In this document: piece after piece, positions 53,188 to 55,201 of the stretch
Numbering within the stretch: the stretch's first letter is position 1
Layout: every line of letters begins with the position of its first letter
Source: an archaeon
Lineage (GTDB): Archaea; Nanobdellota; Nanobdellia; Pacearchaeales; GW2011-AR1
Length of the DNA: 55,201 nt
Assembly: GCA_030620045.1 (NCBI GenBank)
Contig: JAUXAD010000002.1
Coordinates: 1-55,201, forward strand
Reading direction: 5' to 3'
Position numbers and translations under genes: made by a program
The notes under the pieces: model-generated
Database searches by the model: none
Told to the model about the DNA's origin: nothing
The model's input: only the letters and a program-made list of their open reading frames with translations

Positions 53188-53739
53188 ATGGTTTTAACAA
53201 AAAATGTGTATGAATTTCCTTTTGAAAAGAAGTATTTTACTAAGGCTGTTTCTGACCCTAGAGCTCATTTTGGTCCTGCAGAACATGCAATAGATTTTCC
53301 TTTGAAAGAGAATACACCTATTCTTGCTCCTTTGGATGGGGTTGTTGTGGATGTGAAAATGGATTCAAAAGAAGGAGGTCCTGATCCAAAATATAATGAT
53401 TTGAAATATATTAATTATATAACTTTAGAACATTCTAAGGGTGAATTTTCTCAGTATGCTCATTTGAAATATAATAATGCTTATGTTGTTGTTGGAGATA
53501 CGGTAAGGACAGGACAAAAAATTGCTTTGAGCGGAAATACAGGACCTTCTTCAGGGCCACATTTACATTTTCAAGTTTTTAAACTAAATAATTTGGGTAC
53601 AAAAGTTGAAGCTTTAGAGATAAACTTTAAAGAATCCCTTGAAGTTGATAGGAGTGTAGGACCTCCTGATAAAGGAAATGAAAAGCTTTTAGAGGAAATA
53701 GAAAGAACAAGAAAGGAATTTGAATCTAGTTCTAAATAA
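53188..53739 (+). CDS. M23-family (LytM-like) metallopeptidase, no signal peptide
   Basis: EHAIDF (H..D), APLDGVV, SGNTG, and the HxH motif GPHLHFQV. Confidence 0.7.
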   Translation: MVLTKNVYEFPFEKKYFTKAVSDPRAHFGPAEHAIDFPLKENTPILAPLDGVVVDVKMDSKEGGPDPKYNDLKYINYITLEHSKGEFSQYAHLKYNNAYVVVGDTVRTGQKIALSGNTGPSSGPHLHFQVFKLNNLGTKVEALEINFKESLEVDRSVGPPDKGNEKLLEEIERTRKEFESSSK

Positions 53740-53760
53740 AACCTAAACAAAATTTTTATC

Positions 53761-54450
53761 TTATCTAGAGATAATTGTTCCTTTAAACTTTTTATTATTT
53801 AGAAGTTTGTCAAGTTGTGCTGGATTTTTTCCGATTATATATGTTTTAATTTTATTTTTAAGAATTATCGCGGCTGCTTTTTGGTCAAGAACAAAATGCT
53901 GTCCTGGTTTAAATTTCATTTTATTTGATAATTTTAAGAAATTCTTCCATGAAATTTCAGATATGAATTTTGCGTTCTTGAATTTTTTTGGATTTTTATT
54001 ATATAATCCTGAAACATTTGTTAAATTTATAAAAATTGTTTTAAACTTTTTTGCAATACTAGCAGCTGTTGAATCAGATGTTTGTTTTGGTTTGTATTCT
54101 AATGCTCCACAAAAAACCACATCTTGTTTTCTTGTGTATTTTTTCAGAGATTTCATTGTGTGGGGAATTCCCTCTTCAAGATTAACGCCAAAGATATAAT
54201 TCATGAATCTTGCATTCATTCTTGTTGCTGAAATTCCTGAAAAACTCTGAAATTTTTCATTAATTCCCAAATCCTTTAAAGCATTGATATATTTTCTTGC
54301 GACACTTCCCCCACCACAAACAATTATGAAAAGATATTTTCTTGTGTTTTTTTGAATTACTTTTTTGAATTGTTTGAGAAAGGTTGTATCTACATTGTCA
54401 GGAATTATCAGACTTCCTCCAAGACTTAGAACTATTAGCCTCTTTTTCAT
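53761..54450 (-). CDS. pyrH: uridylate kinase (archaeal type)
   Basis: Amino-acid-kinase fold: LSLGGSLI start, VCGGGSVAR. 229 aa. Confidence 0.85.
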   Translation of the reverse strand: MKKRLIVLSLGGSLIIPDNVDTTFLKQFKKVIQKNTRKYLFIIVCGGGSVARKYINALKDLGINEKFQSFSGISATRMNARFMNYIFGVNLEEGIPHTMKSLKKYTRKQDVVFCGALEYKPKQTSDSTAASIAKKFKTIFINLTNVSGLYNKNPKKFKNAKFISEISWKNFLKLSNKMKFKPGQHFVLDQKAAAIILKNKIKTYIIGKNPAQLDKLLNNKKFKGTIISR

Positions 54451-54474
54451 ATGGGGAAAAAGGGAGGAGTGTTT

Positions 54475-55035
54475 TTATATTTTGGGATTCGGATTTTTAT
54501 TAATTAGTTCTTGCATTAAATCTCCGTATTTTTTATTTTCAATTTTGCTATTTGGAGAAATTAGAGCCAATAAATTAATGCATTCTTCTCTTGCCTTTTC
54601 TTTTTCTTCCGGCAAATTTACTATCTTTTCAATTTCTATAAAATTTCCCAATTTATTAACATTATCCAAATCAATAATAAAATTTTTGTATTTGTAAGAT
54701 TCTCTTCTCTTATCTATAGTAAATGCTTCATTAAAGCCGAGTTTGTTCAGAAATGCAAGTCCTAAATTAATATCGCTTAATTCTGATTTTAATTCTATGC
54801 CCCCGCTGATTCTGCAAATTTCTTTAAATTCAAGTGAGCATTTATTATTTACGGATCTGATTCTAGGAACAATACCTCCTTCAATTATCATATTTTTTGA
54901 ATCCAAAAACATAGGATGTCCAAAAATTTTGTCAATTTGATGAACTGATTTCTGATGGTTTGCTTTAATTTCTTCAAGCTTCTTTTTAATATCATCAAAT
55001 TTATCTATTTTGGCTCTAATTTCTACTTCTATCAT
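54475..55035 (-). CDS. CYTH-domain protein (class IV adenylyl cyclase / triphosphatase-like)
   Basis: N-terminal ExExK motif (MIEVEIRAK). About 180 aa with beta-barrel pattern. Confidence 0.75.
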   Translation of the reverse strand: MIEVEIRAKIDKFDDIKKKLEEIKANHQKSVHQIDKIFGHPMFLDSKNMIIEGGIVPRIRSVNNKCSLEFKEICRISGGIELKSELSDINLGLAFLNKLGFNEAFTIDKRRESYKYKNFIIDLDNVNKLGNFIEIEKIVNLPEEKEKAREECINLLALISPNSKIENKKYGDLMQELINKNPNPKI

Positions 55036-55072
55036 AAAGATAAATAAAAAATATTTATATAAAAATCTTTGT

Positions 55073-55201
55073 CTATTTTATTGTAAACAACTTATCATCT
55101 TTCACATTAAAAACATCAAGCCTTACTCCAGCATCTAACCAACCATGGGCGTAATTTAATGCAGCGAAAGCATTTACAAAATCTTGTTTTTTTTCAAAAT
55201 G
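55073..55201 (-). CDS. DUF357-like protein, C-terminal fragment (5' end outside window)
   Basis: Open frame to the window edge: ...[27 protein letters not shown]...*. The A..Y..GWLDAG pattern is typical of DUF357. Confidence 0.5.
   Translation of the reverse strand, partial: HFEKKQDFVNAFAALNYAHGWLDAGVRLDVFNVKDDKLFTIK

Noticed and set aside
1-55201. CRISPR arrays, rRNA genes, and transposase or integrase genes
   Set aside because: I saw no regularly spaced direct repeats, no rRNA-like GC-rich kilobase blocks, and no ORF with recombinase or transposase motifs.

Overview
This is a visibly AT-rich, tightly packed archaeal chromosome segment. The gene content and style fit a small-genome DPANN-type archaeon (Woese-/Pace-/Nanoarchaeota-like), but that placement is inference only. 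Most of the window is ordinary information-processing core: ValRS (partial), aRF1, ScpB, Rpo11, RadB, an NreA-like protein, topoisomerase IA, TFS, signal peptidase, CDC48, MetAP, PolB, FEN1, Trm5, RFC small and large subunits, PheRS alpha and beta, an RNase P p30-like protein, PyrH and ADP-forming acetyl-CoA synthetase alpha/beta. It also holds large Cys-rich and beta-helix surface proteins and an FtsX/MacB-type ABC transporter. RNA genes found by hand folding are tRNA-Lys(CUU) with an intron of about 31 nt, tRNA-Glu(CUC) with an intron of about 77 nt, tRNA-Gln(CUG), tRNA-Thr(GGU), and an odd class II tRNA whose anticodon reads AAT. A 25-codon ribosomal protein eL41 gene is missing from the ORF track. 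The most interesting signal is a recurring architecture. The 3' ends of four genes (aRF1, the herA-like ATPase, tRNA-Lys, tRNA-Glu) are each present twice in direct orientation, flanking inserted DNA. For the two protein genes, the displaced copy stays conserved at the amino-acid level (all or nearly all differences synonymous or conservative). At three of the loci the insert carries the same GC-rich module of about 52-58 nt, in the same orientation, directly next to the duplicated gene end. No recombinase or transposase is visible in the window. I read this as a family of small insertion cassettes that regenerate the 3' end they interrupt, or as remnants of integrative elements, possibly with an RNA-level function. 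It needs genome-wide and comparative checks. All alignments, folds and counts were done by eye, and no database search was possible.
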